IMG/VR virus record: IMGVR_UViG_3300020404_002135
Coordinates: 1 to 57,288 of that record
Origin: a virus
Taxonomy: Duplodnaviria > Caudoviricetes
DNA: 57,288 nucleotides
Reading direction: 5' to 3' (one strand)
The notes under the pieces were generated by a model. That model was not told where the DNA came from. It saw only the letters and a program-made list of their open reading frames with translations, and did not search any database. Positions 1 through 9,070 of this stretch are shown here, in pieces. Position numbers and translations under genes: made by a program. The first letter of the stretch is position 1. Every line of letters starts with the position of its first letter.

Positions 1-12
1 GAGGACAAGCAA

Positions 13-156
13 ATGGCAACAGTTACTTACCGTGGTGTCGAGTATGACACTGAAGAGTACAACGCACAAGTTGTTGCGGAAGCAGCAAAACGCGAGAGAC
101 ACGATTTAATGTATCGTGGCATTAAAGTTAGAAGTAAGGCAAGACCTTGCAGTTAA
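13..156 (+). CDS. DUF4278-family small protein (47 aa)
   Basis: Read manually: MATVTYRGVEYDTEEYNAQVVAEAAKRERHDLMYRGIKVRSKARPCS. Duplicated YRG motif typical of DUF4278; GAGGA SD at 1-5. Confidence 0.85.
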   Translation: MATVTYRGVEYDTEEYNAQVVAEAAKRERHDLMYRGIKVRSKARPCS

Positions 157-164
157 CAAAAACT

Positions 165-191
165 AGGAGGGGTTGATCCCCTCCTTTTTTT
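165..191 (+). terminator. Rho-independent terminator
   Basis: AGGAGGGG-TTGAT-CCCCTCCT stem-loop followed by a T run. Confidence 0.85.
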
Positions 192-201
192 GTGCTATAA
201 T
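173..201 (+). promoter_or_regulatory. sigma70-like promoter overlapping the terminator
   Basis: TTGATC(173-178), 17 bp, TATAAT(196-201), with TGn extension. Confidence 0.7.
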
Positions 202-221
202 AAGTGAAATGAAATTTATCT

Positions 222-395
222 ATGGATCGTGGAAAGTTAAAAGACATTGTTCGTTCATTAGAATTAGCAGTTGATGCACTTAAAGCAGAGGTTTATTCTG
301 ATGTTGAAGCGTATAGAGAAGCAGCTAATGTAGATGGATTCCTCTTTGGCGATTATGACGAAATATTAGAGGACGATGATGGCTACCCAGACTAG
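222..395 (+). CDS. small acidic hypothetical protein (57 aa)
   Basis: Manual ORF MDRGKLKDIVRSLELAVDALKAEVYSD...DDDGYPD; resembles small ORFs usually found upstream of cyanophage thyX. Confidence 0.75.
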   Translation: MDRGKLKDIVRSLELAVDALKAEVYSDVEAYREAANVDGFLFGDYDEILEDDDGYPD

Positions 396-549
396 AGCAA
401 AAAGATTGATAAAGTTACTTGAGAGATTATTAAAACAAGATCACTTATATAGTGGTGAAAAACTCAAAGAAATAAAAGATCAATTAAAAGTTCTTAAAGA
501 AGAAGTTATTTTAGCAGAAAAAAAGAATTCAAAAGGATTTGGTAAATGA
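379..549 (+). CDS. small hypothetical protein
   Basis: Manual ORF MATQTRAKRLIKLLERLLKQDHLYS...KGFGK; ATGA overlap with thyX. Confidence 0.7.
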   Translation: MATQTRAKRLIKLLERLLKQDHLYSGEKLKEIKDQLKVLKEEVILAEKKNSKGFGK

Positions 550-1178
550 ATGTAAAATTAGTAAGCATTACACCTGATGCAGAGAAAACTATGGCATATA
601 TTGCCAGAGTGTCTAATCCAAATAACCAAGATAATGAAAAATTTGCAGGATTATTAAGATATTGCATACAGCATCAACATTGGTCTGTCTTTGAACAATC
701 ATCAATGACATTAGAGATAGAAACAACTCGTGCAATTGCAGCACAGATATTAAGACATCGTAGTTTTACATTCCAAGAGTTTTCTCAAAGATATGCTGAT
801 GCTAAACTTTTAGAAACTATTGAATTGCCAGAACTTCGCAGACAGGATTCTAAAAACAGACAAAATAGTATAGATGATCTTGAACCAGAAAAGATAGAGA
901 AATTAAATGCACAAATGAATACTTTGTTTAGCTCTGCTTTTTCGTTATATAATCAGATGCTAGATAGTGGAGTTGCAAAAGAATGTGCTAGAATGGTATT
1001 ACCATTGTGTACACCTACAAGAATCTATATGACAGGTTCTTGTCGTTCATGGATACACTATATAAATTTACGTTCAGCACATGGAACACAAAAAGAACAT
1101 ATGGACATTGCTAATGCATGTCGAGAGGTGTTTATTAAACAGTTTCCTACTGTGTCAGAATCTCTAGAATGGAGTTAA
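546..1178 (+). CDS. thyX: FAD-dependent thymidylate synthase
   Basis: ThyX motif RHRSFTFQEFSQRY, HWSVFE, KECARMVLP. Confidence 0.96.
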   Translation: MNVKLVSITPDAEKTMAYIARVSNPNNQDNEKFAGLLRYCIQHQHWSVFEQSSMTLEIETTRAIAAQILRHRSFTFQEFSQRYADAKLLETIELPELRRQDSKNRQNSIDDLEPEKIEKLNAQMNTLFSSAFSLYNQMLDSGVAKECARMVLPLCTPTRIYMTGSCRSWIHYINLRSAHGTQKEHMDIANACREVFIKQFPTVSESLEWS

Positions 1179-1179
1179 A

Positions 1180-1602
1180 ATGGAATTTAAATGGTATCTT
1201 ATAAAAGCAAAACTTGAAAATCATGCTTATCTTCCTAGAATGATCTCTGGTGTAGAACTTACATACGCATTAACAGATAAAACTGAATCTAATGATTTTG
1301 AAGTTTTAAATCAAGTTCTTATTGATTTTGCAAGACCTAAATCCACTAAAAATTATATTCAGTTTGATGAAGGTATGGAGTTTGAAAATATTGTTATGGG
1401 TTGGTGTATGGAAAAAATAAATCAAAATAAAGATGAGGTTACGGTAGAAGAGGACAAAATGAAAAAAATGCTTTATGATATGAAGTCTAGAAAAAACTTA
1501 CAAAAAGGTGCTACAATAGTTGAACAAACTGTTTGGGGATATTCGGGAGGATCTACTACTCCAAACTACATTGATCCCGATGCAACTAAACTTACTTTCT
1601 AA
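1180..1602 (+). CDS. hypothetical protein
   Basis: 140-aa ORF with GGAG SD; no recognised motif. Confidence 0.7.
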   Translation: MEFKWYLIKAKLENHAYLPRMISGVELTYALTDKTESNDFEVLNQVLIDFARPKSTKNYIQFDEGMEFENIVMGWCMEKINQNKDEVTVEEDKMKKMLYDMKSRKNLQKGATIVEQTVWGYSGGSTTPNYIDPDATKLTF

Positions 1603-1626
1603 ATATCTTTATAATACTTAATAATT

Positions 1627-1875
1627 ATGGCAACATATCCTGTAGTAAACACGAAAACTGGCGAACAAAAAGAAGTTGTCATGAGTGTTCATGACTGGTC
1701 AAAATGGTGTGAAGACAATCCTAATTGGAAGAGAGATTACTCAGATCCTTCAACGATGCCAGGAGTTGGTGAAGTTGGAGATTGGAAAGATAAATTAAGA
1801 AAATCAAAACCTGGTTGGAATGATGTCTTAAGAAAGGCACAAACAGCACCAGGTTCTGGGGTGAAAACATTGTAA
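1627..1875 (+). CDS. conserved T4-like cyanophage hypothetical protein
   Basis: MATYPVVNTKTGEQKEV...PGWNDVL; typical gene immediately upstream of phoH; late-promoter-like CTAAATA at 1599-1605. Confidence 0.8.
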   Translation: MATYPVVNTKTGEQKEVVMSVHDWSKWCEDNPNWKRDYSDPSTMPGVGEVGDWKDKLRKSKPGWNDVLRKAQTAPGSGVKTL

Positions 1876-2634
1876 ATGGCACGTAAAAAAAGATCGAGTA
1901 GTGATCAACCTATTGGTGTAGGAATAACTACGAAGAAAATGAAAAGAAAAAAACCATTAAATTCTCATTATCTAACTGAAGTACAACCTTTAACAGAACA
2001 TCAAACGCAATTATTTAATTCATATTCTGAAGGAAAACATTTAATTGCATATGGTGTCGCAGGAACGGGAAAAACATTTATTACTCTTTATAATGCACTT
2101 AAAGATGTATTGAGTGATGATACACCTTATGAAACAATATATCTTGTAAGATCTTTGGTTTCTACAAGAGAGATTGGTTTCCTACCTGGAGATCATGAAG
2201 ATAAAGCAGACATATATCAAATCCCATATAAACATATGGTAAAATATATGTTTCAGATGCCATCTGATGCAGACTTTGAAATGCTATATGGCAATCTAAA
2301 AGCACAAGGAACTATAAAGTTCTGGTCAACCTCTTTTATCAGAGGAACAACTCTTGATAATTCAATTGTTATAGTTGATGAATTTCAAAACTTGAATTTT
2401 CATGAATTAGATAGTATAATGACAAGAGTTGGGGATAATAGTAAGATTATGTTTTGTGGCGATGCCACCCAATCAGATCTCACTAAAACCAATGATAGAA
2501 ATGGTATTGTTGATTTTATGAAAATTTTAACATCAATGCCATCAGTAGATATTATTGAATTTGGTTTAGATGATATAATACGTTCTGGACTAGTAAAAGA
2601 GTATCTTGTTGCAAAACTTGAGTTAGGTATGTAA
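1876..2634 (+). CDS. phoH: PhoH-family ATPase
   Basis: Walker A GVAGTGKT, IGFLPG, RGTTL, VDEFQN, GDATQSDL. Confidence 0.95.
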   Translation: MARKKRSSSDQPIGVGITTKKMKRKKPLNSHYLTEVQPLTEHQTQLFNSYSEGKHLIAYGVAGTGKTFITLYNALKDVLSDDTPYETIYLVRSLVSTREIGFLPGDHEDKADIYQIPYKHMVKYMFQMPSDADFEMLYGNLKAQGTIKFWSTSFIRGTTLDNSIVIVDEFQNLNFHELDSIMTRVGDNSKIMFCGDATQSDLTKTNDRNGIVDFMKILTSMPSVDIIEFGLDDIIRSGLVKEYLVAKLELGM

Positions 2635-3314
2635 TGTTTAAGCATATTGATTTGGATCTTCCTAAACTAAGTAGGGAGACTGTAGATGGAGTTCGTTATT
2701 ATTCAGTTCCAGAAGAAGATGAGTTAATTAAACTTGTTTCTATTACTTCTGTAACGAGTCATTTTAACAAAGAAATCTTTGTTGATTGGAGAAAAAGAGT
2801 TGGTAATGAGGAGGCAGATCGAATTACGAAAGCTGCCACAACTCGTGGAACAGATATGCACACACTTACTGAGCATTATTTGAATAATGAAGATCTTCCT
2901 AAAGTTCCACCAATATCAGATTTTCTCTTTAAAATATCAAAGGCAAATTTAAACAAAATAGATAATATTCACTGTCTTGAAGGTGCCCTATATAGTAGAG
3001 AATTAGGTATTGCAGGAACAGTCGATTGTATTGCAGAATACGATGGAGAGTTATCTATAATAGATTTTAAAACATCTAAAAAACCTAAACCCAGAGAGTG
3101 GATCGAACATTATTTCGTCCAAGCAATGGCATACGGTTGTATGCTCTATGAACTAACAGGAATAACTGTTAAAAAACTTGTAATTATCATGGCATGTGAA
3201 AATGGAGAATGCGTCGTTTATGAAGAGTATGACAAAAAAAAGTACATTAAACTCCTCACCAAGTATATTAGAAAATTTGTTGGGGATAAACTTGACCTCT
3301 ATGGAACCAAATAA
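2634..3314 (+). CDS. PD-(D/E)XK / Cas4-like exonuclease
   Basis: SITSV, RGTDMH, AGTVDC, IIDFKTS, QAMAY; usual position after phoH. Confidence 0.88.
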   Translation: MFKHIDLDLPKLSRETVDGVRYYSVPEEDELIKLVSITSVTSHFNKEIFVDWRKRVGNEEADRITKAATTRGTDMHTLTEHYLNNEDLPKVPPISDFLFKISKANLNKIDNIHCLEGALYSRELGIAGTVDCIAEYDGELSIIDFKTSKKPKPREWIEHYFVQAMAYGCMLYELTGITVKKLVIIMACENGECVVYEEYDKKKYIKLLTKYIRKFVGDKLDLYGTK

Positions 3315-3561
3315 AGAACTAGAAAAAGCAATTGAGAGTAAATTCTTAACTCCTCAAAAATTTGCTATGGAAATAGAAAAGATTGTTGCAGAGGAAGGAT
3401 TCAATTACATTGATGCAATTTGCTACTATTGCGAAATTAATGGTCTTGAGGTAGAATCAATAACAAGACTAATTTCAAAACCTTTAAAGGAAAGATTAAA
3501 ATGGGATGCTACTCGTCTCAATTTTATGAAACCTACATCAAGAGCAAAACTACCCATATAA
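3301..3561 (+). CDS. gp33: late-transcription coactivator gp33
   Basis: FAMEIEKIV, NYIDAICYYCE, ISKPLKERLKWDATRLNF; start moved to ATG 3301. Confidence 0.85.
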   Translation: MEPNKELEKAIESKFLTPQKFAMEIEKIVAEEGFNYIDAICYYCEINGLEVESITRLISKPLKERLKWDATRLNFMKPTSRAKLPI

Positions 3562-3770
3562 TGCCTAGTCAAAGTGAACTAATGCATTATCGTTTACAAG
3601 CGATTTTGCGTGAACATTCTTTTCCTGATTTAGAATATTTGGGAGTTAGACCAGATAGTATAGGAATTGATCAACATTGGTATAGAATCGGAAACGCTGA
3701 AGTTCCCGTTGATTCTATAAAATCACTAGATACTGAAGAACATGATGAAGACGAAAGTGACTCCCTTTGA
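3561..3770 (+). CDS. hypothetical protein
   Basis: MPSQSELMHYRLQAILRE...; ATG 3561 overlaps the gp33 stop (TAATG). Confidence 0.7.
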   Translation: MPSQSELMHYRLQAILREHSFPDLEYLGVRPDSIGIDQHWYRIGNAEVPVDSIKSLDTEEHDEDESDSL

Positions 3771-4347
3771 GACCTATCAAACATATCTTTCTATGAAAAG
3801 TCATTTTACTAACCGTAAGTATGACTTTTTTAAGTATGGTGGTAAGTCCAGAGCAACTATGACATCTTTTAATAAAAGAAAAGATAAGTACTGGTTTGAG
3901 AAAACTTCTAGAAAATACTCCGATCAAGAGATTACAGATTTTTTACTTGCAAACTTTGTTACTGCAGATACACCACAAAATCTATGGATTGGAGAAATAA
4001 TAAATTCTGGAGAAAGGACGTACGCAGATTGGATGAAACGACAGCAGAGTTTAACTTACTTGTTCAAAGAACAATCGACGGAATTGCTATCGGAAAAAAA
4101 ATTAGAAGAAGTATTCAGTTGCTCGAAAGGACATCCAATAATCCTCAAAAAATATCTGGGAGGAGAAATATCATTAGAGACACTTACAATCTTGGAAAGA
4201 ATATTCTCTTTCGCAAAAAAATTTGATATTAAATTGAAAGATCCAGTATGGGAATCTGTTAGTATGAAGATAAAGAAATATATTCCTTTCCTAAATATTA
4301 ATGTGTTCAGCTATAAAAAAATTTTAAGGGATTTAATAGATGAGTAA
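3742..4347 (+). CDS. gp59: helicase loader gp59
   Basis: YLSMKSHFTNRKYDFFKYGGK, FNKRKDKYWFEK, ISLETL; gp33-gp59-gp32 synteny. Confidence 0.9.
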   Translation: MMKTKVTPFETYQTYLSMKSHFTNRKYDFFKYGGKSRATMTSFNKRKDKYWFEKTSRKYSDQEITDFLLANFVTADTPQNLWIGEIINSGERTYADWMKRQQSLTYLFKEQSTELLSEKKLEEVFSCSKGHPIILKKYLGGEISLETLTILERIFSFAKKFDIKLKDPVWESVSMKIKKYIPFLNINVFSYKKILRDLIDE

Positions 4348-4669
4348 TTTTTTCGATTCCGAAATAGTTAAGCAGGAACTTGTTGAAATAAACAAGTTAC
4401 AGGAGCAAGTGTACTCTCGTGCATTTAATTATCCATTAATGTCTCGTGAAGATAAAATTGAACACATTGATAAATTAATCAATTTATTAGAAAAGCAGAA
4501 AGTCATGTACACTAGACTATCTCTTTCAGATTCGCCAGAGGCAAAAAAAATGCAAGACACCTTGCAAAAATCCATTTCAAGTATGGGTTTTCCACCTGGT
4601 ACTGATATGCAGATATTATTCAGTTGCATGAATGAGACTATCCAAACATTGAAACAAAATATCAATTGA
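4340..4669 (+). CDS. DUF1825-like protein
   Basis: FFDSEIVKQEL, YTRLSLSDSPEA; recognised from memory. Confidence 0.7.
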   Translation: MSNFFDSEIVKQELVEINKLQEQVYSRAFNYPLMSREDKIEHIDKLINLLEKQKVMYTRLSLSDSPEAKKMQDTLQKSISSMGFPPGTDMQILFSCMNETIQTLKQNIN

Positions 4670-4694
4670 CATTTGATAGTTTTTCTGTTATAAT
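4666..4694 (+). promoter_or_regulatory. consensus sigma70 promoter for gp32
   Basis: TTGACA(4666-4671), 17 bp, TATAAT(4689-4694), with TGn. Confidence 0.88.
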
Positions 4695-4732
4695 CAAAAC
4701 ATCCAATTAATCCAATTAATCCGAGGTATCCA

Positions 4733-5623
4733 ATGTCGTTTGCTAATCTTAAAAAGCAATCTAAATTAGGTTCTTTAACTGCAAAGTTAGTTAAAGAAGT
4801 GGAAAAAATGAATAATAACGGTGCAGCAGGAGATGACCGTTTATGGAAACTAGACGTAGACAAAAGTGGTAACGGCTATGCTGTTATACGTTTCCTTCCC
4901 CCTCCCGATAAGGAGGATCTCCCATTCGTAAAACTATACTCCCATGCCTTCCAAGGTCCTGGTGGTTGGTATATCGAAAACTCTTTAACCACATTAGGTC
5001 AAAAAGATCCAGTATCTGAATATAATTCAGAGTTATGGAACAATGGAACTGATGCAGGTAAAGAAACTGCTAGAAAGCAGAAACGTAAGTTAACTTACAT
5101 TAGTAATATCTACGTTGTAAAGGATCCATCAAATCCTGATAACGAAGGTAAAGTATTCTTATATAAGTTCGGTAAAAAGATCTTTGATAAACTCACAGCA
5201 GCAATGCAACCTGAGTTTGAAGATGAAGAAGCAATTGATCCATTCGATTTTTGGCAAGGTGCAAACTTCAAGTTAAAGGCAAAAAATGTGGCAGGTTATA
5301 GAAACTATGATAGTTCTGAGTTTGCTGCAGTAAGTCCACTACTTGATGATGACGATGCTCTTGAAGCGATTTGGAAAAAGCAATACTCTCTTGAAGAGTT
5401 TACACATGCTGATCAATTTAAATCTTATGATGATTTAAAGAAGAGACTTGAATCTGTGTTGAGAGTCGGAAGCACTCGTATACAACCAACAGAAGAACTA
5501 GAACGTGAAGATGATGGTCGTGGTTCTGCAGAAGAATTAGTTAATTCTGCAACTCAAACAACACCATCTACTGAAGATGAGGATGATGCATTATCATATT
5601 TTGCTAAATTAGCACAAGATTGA
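4733..5623 (+). CDS. gp32: single-stranded DNA-binding protein gp32
   Basis: GNGYAVIRFLP, HAFQGPGGWYIENSLTT, FDFWQGANFKLK, acidic tail ending YFAKLA. Confidence 0.96.
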   Translation: MSFANLKKQSKLGSLTAKLVKEVEKMNNNGAAGDDRLWKLDVDKSGNGYAVIRFLPPPDKEDLPFVKLYSHAFQGPGGWYIENSLTTLGQKDPVSEYNSELWNNGTDAGKETARKQKRKLTYISNIYVVKDPSNPDNEGKVFLYKFGKKIFDKLTAAMQPEFEDEEAIDPFDFWQGANFKLKAKNVAGYRNYDSSEFAAVSPLLDDDDALEAIWKKQYSLEEFTHADQFKSYDDLKKRLESVLRVGSTRIQPTEELEREDDGRGSAEELVNSATQTTPSTEDEDDALSYFAKLAQD

Positions 5624-5639
5624 TATTAGAACATATTAG

Positions 5640-5667
5640 AAAGGGGTCGTTTAGACCCCTTTTTTTT
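5640..5667. terminator. terminator between convergent gp32 and gp53, probably bidirectional
   Basis: AAAGGGGTC-GTTTA-GACCCCTTT followed by a T run. Confidence 0.85.
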
Positions 5668-6322
5668 ATGGCGATTTGATTCTTACGTTAGACGTTCTAA
5701 TTAATCTAGTATTAATATATTGAGAAGATTTCGAGTATTTCATAATTTTTCTCATATCTTTTAAAAACTGTTGTAAATATTCTGGTTTCAATAAATCAAT
5801 ATCTCTTTTATCTTCATTTACACGAGTTTCAAATTCATAGTTAGATATACCGATTCTAACTGCATTACCTGTTAAACTGGTTAGTGTATTAGAAGGATTT
5901 GGTATTGAAAAATCTTCATCTACGATTTTACCTGCAGGTAAAATTAATCTATTTTTGATATCTCTAATTTCAATTGTCTCAAAATGTTTGGTAGCATTTA
6001 AATTTGTGCCATATTTTCTAAGAGCAAATTCATACAGTTCACGACTATTCAACGGCCATTCATTATTTACATTAATTATTCCTGCAGTTATTAATACAAC
6101 CCAATCAAGATCAGATTGTCCATATACTTGCTCCGCAACTTGATCAGGACGAAAACCATCTTTGACAGTTACTTTATCAAAGATAGTAAAATATTTTTTT
6201 AAGTCGTCTCTAATTTTTACACGACGAAATAAATTTTTAACTTTTATGAAATCTAAGGAAGAATTTCTATCTGAAAGTGGAGACAGATATTCAACATTAG
6301 GTAACTCTCTAAAAAATCCCAT
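5666..6322 (-). CDS. gp53: baseplate wedge protein gp53
   Basis: FFRELPNVEY, RPDQVAEQVYG, WVVLITAGI, EWPL, NEDKRDIDLLKPEYL. Confidence 0.88.
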   Translation of the reverse strand: MGFFRELPNVEYLSPLSDRNSSLDFIKVKNLFRRVKIRDDLKKYFTIFDKVTVKDGFRPDQVAEQVYGQSDLDWVVLITAGIINVNNEWPLNSRELYEFALRKYGTNLNATKHFETIEIRDIKNRLILPAGKIVDEDFSIPNPSNTLTSLTGNAVRIGISNYEFETRVNEDKRDIDLLKPEYLQQFLKDMRKIMKYSKSSQYINTRLIRTSNVRIKSP

Positions 6323-7359
6323 TAGAATCCTACTCCCTCTCCTGATGCTTCTGATAAGTAATCTTCTCTGTATATTGGTGTTAATTCTCTGAAGGTCATT
6401 GAAAGATTTAAGTGTATTGGATTTCCATCATAATATGTAGCATAAGTTCCAGAACCTGTGTAGTTTACAGTAAAATTAGTAAGTGCTGATGGTTTAAATG
6501 CATTTAAGAAAGGATGTGGATCTCTTCCCTTCATATATGTTAGATAAAATATATCTGGAGATTTTAAAAATAAACCTTTTACAGTTGCTGCTCCTCCTCT
6601 TTGGGCAGACATTGATTGTTTAAGTATTCTTATGATAACTTTTACTTGCTCAGCTTCTTTTCTACTTCTTGGAATTACATCCCAGTTAAATGAAAAGTCT
6701 CTGCCAGTTACACCACTGAATAATAATTGTTGGTTTTTGTTGATCCTTAGACCAGTTTCTCTAGCAACAAAATCAGCATTTCCACCTGTAATTGCATTTG
6801 CGACCATTCCTGCAACTCCACCAGTTACTAATTTACCAATTGTTGCCCTATCTGATGTTCCTAATTCGTTAAGTTGACCTGTTATTTCTGAAAAAGATGC
6901 TCCTCCCATAGAAGCCAAACTACCTTCTGATCTTAGACCTGCTCCTGCAGCACTCGCTGCTAATGCACCTAAAGGACCCATTTCTGACATTCCCCATTCT
7001 GCAGATCTACCATCTTGTACACCTTGAGGAACTGGTAGTATAATAGTATAATTGATGTCTTTCTTTGCAATTTCATCACTAGTTCTTAAACGAAGTGAAT
7101 CATCTGCTCTTACTAGACCTGGTGGAGTAAATTCAACTATTTCAATTCTCATATAATCATCATGCTCATCTATTTTTGCAAAAGGATATCTGAGAGGTGC
7201 AGATGATCTTGGAGTTCCAGTAATATTTGCTGTTTCTTTACCTAAATTTGAATTTTTATTAAGTGCCCATATTTTTACAACTTCTCGCATTTCAGGAGTT
7301 ATGTTACTATTCCTTTCCCCTGAACCCCTACTTCTATTAAATGCCTCTGACCTTGCCAT
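6322..7359 (-). CDS. gp48: baseplate tail-tube cap gp48
   Basis: LRYP, LLFSGVTGRDFSFNW, FLKSPDIF, LSMTFRELTPIY; synteny. Confidence 0.8.
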   Translation of the reverse strand: MARSEAFNRSRGSGERNSNITPEMREVVKIWALNKNSNLGKETANITGTPRSSAPLRYPFAKIDEHDDYMRIEIVEFTPPGLVRADDSLRLRTSDEIAKKDINYTIILPVPQGVQDGRSAEWGMSEMGPLGALAASAAGAGLRSEGSLASMGGASFSEITGQLNELGTSDRATIGKLVTGGVAGMVANAITGGNADFVARETGLRINKNQQLLFSGVTGRDFSFNWDVIPRSRKEAEQVKVIIRILKQSMSAQRGGAATVKGLFLKSPDIFYLTYMKGRDPHPFLNAFKPSALTNFTVNYTGSGTYATYYDGNPIHLNLSMTFRELTPIYREDYLSEASGEGVGF

Positions 7360-7372
7360 TATTTCTCTTTTT

Positions 7373-7717
7373 TTATCTATTTAGCCTATATTTACCAAAA
7401 GATAAATTTTTGGCATCTGATAACTCTTCATCAGTTATATTATAGACACCACCGACTATCTCTTGAAAGGTATATTGTCTTGATTGTCCCCAATGAAAGT
7501 TAATACCCTTGAATCCCCAATCAAATATACTTGTAACTGCTACCAGTGGATATTCATCATATCTTAAGTTAGGTGTTTTGGGACGATATACAAATGTGTA
7601 ATATTTTCCAACTTCTGGAACACCTCCTTCAGAAAGCACTCCTAATACCTCTTGGTAGATATCATCGACATCTTCCGAACCTGTATATTCTTCTAATATT
7701 TCCGATAGTCTACTCAT
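7373..7717 (-). CDS. short gp2-like DNA end protector
   Basis: GKYYTFVYRPKT-YDEYPLV-GFKGINFHW resembles the gp2 core. Confidence 0.6.
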   Translation of the reverse strand: MSRLSEILEEYTGSEDVDDIYQEVLGVLSEGGVPEVGKYYTFVYRPKTPNLRYDEYPLVAVTSIFDWGFKGINFHWGQSRQYTFQEIVGGVYNITDEELSDAKNLSFGKYRLNR

Positions 7718-8148
7718 ACTTTTAGTTCTTTTTCTGTTATAATTTTAAACTCCCATCCACGATCTTTACAATACTCAATCGCTGCTTTCCATTTTGATTG
7801 ATTCTTAGCATACTCATATGCTTCACGAATATAACCTTTTGTTTGTCTTTTTGGTTTTACTGGTGGTTTTGTTTGTTTCTTAGGTTTTACTTCTATAAGA
7901 TATGATTTAATTTTATCATGAGACTCTTTTACTTTGATATAAAAGTCTGGAAAGTATCTATGTATTCTCCTATCAATTGGAGATCTATAAGGGATAGCGA
8001 TTTCTTCACTCCACCATTCTAAAATATTTCTATTTTTATCGCAGTAAACCATGAATTTTCGTTCCCACAATGAACGATATACTATGTTCATAGGATTACC
8101 TTTATACTTTTCAGGATAAGATGGTCGGTATTTTCCCTTGTATGTCAT
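7714..8148 (-). CDS. gp4: head completion nuclease gp4
   Basis: YKGKYRP, YRSLWE, WWSEE, HRYFPDF, IEVKP, KWKAA, ITEKEL. Confidence 0.92.
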   Translation of the reverse strand: MTYKGKYRPSYPEKYKGNPMNIVYRSLWERKFMVYCDKNRNILEWWSEEIAIPYRSPIDRRIHRYFPDFYIKVKESHDKIKSYLIEVKPKKQTKPPVKPKRQTKGYIREAYEYAKNQSKWKAAIEYCKDRGWEFKIITEKELKV

Positions 8149-8149
8149 G

Positions 8150-8186
8150 CTAAATAGGTATAATTAAACTCATATTAGATATTTAG
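8150..8186. promoter_or_regulatory. pair of oppositely oriented T4-like late promoters
   Basis: CTAAATA on + (8150-8156) and on - (8180-8186) in the 39-bp gap between divergent structural genes. Confidence 0.65.
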
Positions 8187-8187
8187 T

Positions 8188-9030
8188 GTGGAAAAACCGA
8201 GACCAAGAAGAATAAGTGATTTTAAACCAACTCTAACTAATTTGGCTCAAACTTCTCATTATGTGGTTAGTTTTGGTAGAGCATCTGGAGGGTTAAGTAA
8301 TTATTTGAGGGAAAGAGGGGTTGATGGTAGATTTATAGCAGGAGATATGGGTTTACTATGTAATCAGGCTCAGTTACCATTTACATCTCTTGCTACTGCA
8401 AATGTTACAGGTGCTTATACTGGAATAACAGAAAAATTTGCACATAGTCGAATATTTACACCTATCACTCTTAGTTTTTATGTTGATAAAGACTATAAGG
8501 TTTTAAAATTTTTAGAACATTGGATGGAGTACACAGCTGGTGGAACTCATGCACCTGAAGGTAGAGTAGGACGGATTAATCAAAATAATACAAACTACTT
8601 CATAAGAATGCAGTATCCTGATGATTATAGGATGCAAGAGACTAAAATTATGAAGTTTGAAAGAGATTATGATAATAGTTTAGAATACACTTTCTTTGAT
8701 CTATTTCCACAAAACGTAGCTAGTATTCAGGTTGGTTATGAGGGATCTAAAATTTTAACTGCTTCTGCTACTTTTGAATATACTCGTTATGTTTCTGGAC
8801 CTATAAGTAATATATCTAAGTTTCGTAGTGGTCAAGGATATAATAATCTTACTGTTAATCAACTTAAAGATATAGCTCAAAAGAATCTTGACATATCTAA
8901 TAATAATCCTATCATCCCTAGTGATAAAGACGGAACGGTATCTACAAACGTAGATAGTAATGAGGCACTTTACATCAAGAACGAGAGGCAGAGGATAAAA
9001 GAAGGGAAAGATGTTATTGTTGATATCTAA
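8188..9030 (+). CDS. tail tube-like protein (gp19/gp54 fold)
   Basis: LLCNQAQLP, ITLSFYVD, FLEHWMEY, YPDDY, YTFFDLFP, ATFEY. Confidence 0.7.
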   Translation: MEKPRPRRISDFKPTLTNLAQTSHYVVSFGRASGGLSNYLRERGVDGRFIAGDMGLLCNQAQLPFTSLATANVTGAYTGITEKFAHSRIFTPITLSFYVDKDYKVLKFLEHWMEYTAGGTHAPEGRVGRINQNNTNYFIRMQYPDDYRMQETKIMKFERDYDNSLEYTFFDLFPQNVASIQVGYEGSKILTASATFEYTRYVSGPISNISKFRSGQGYNNLTVNQLKDIAQKNLDISNNNPIIPSDKDGTVSTNVDSNEALYIKNERQRIKEGKDVIVDI

Positions 9031-9070
9031 AAAAGTGTGCTATATACTATACGAATTGCTATAATTTATT

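Noticed and set aside
2634-3314. Cas4-like nuclease as evidence of a CRISPR system
   Set aside because: A stand-alone exonuclease after phoH is a routine gene in T4-like cyanophages; no array nearby.
7714-8148. TnsA-like nuclease as a transposon or homing endonuclease
   Set aside because: Sequence and synteny fit the core head-completion protein gp4.
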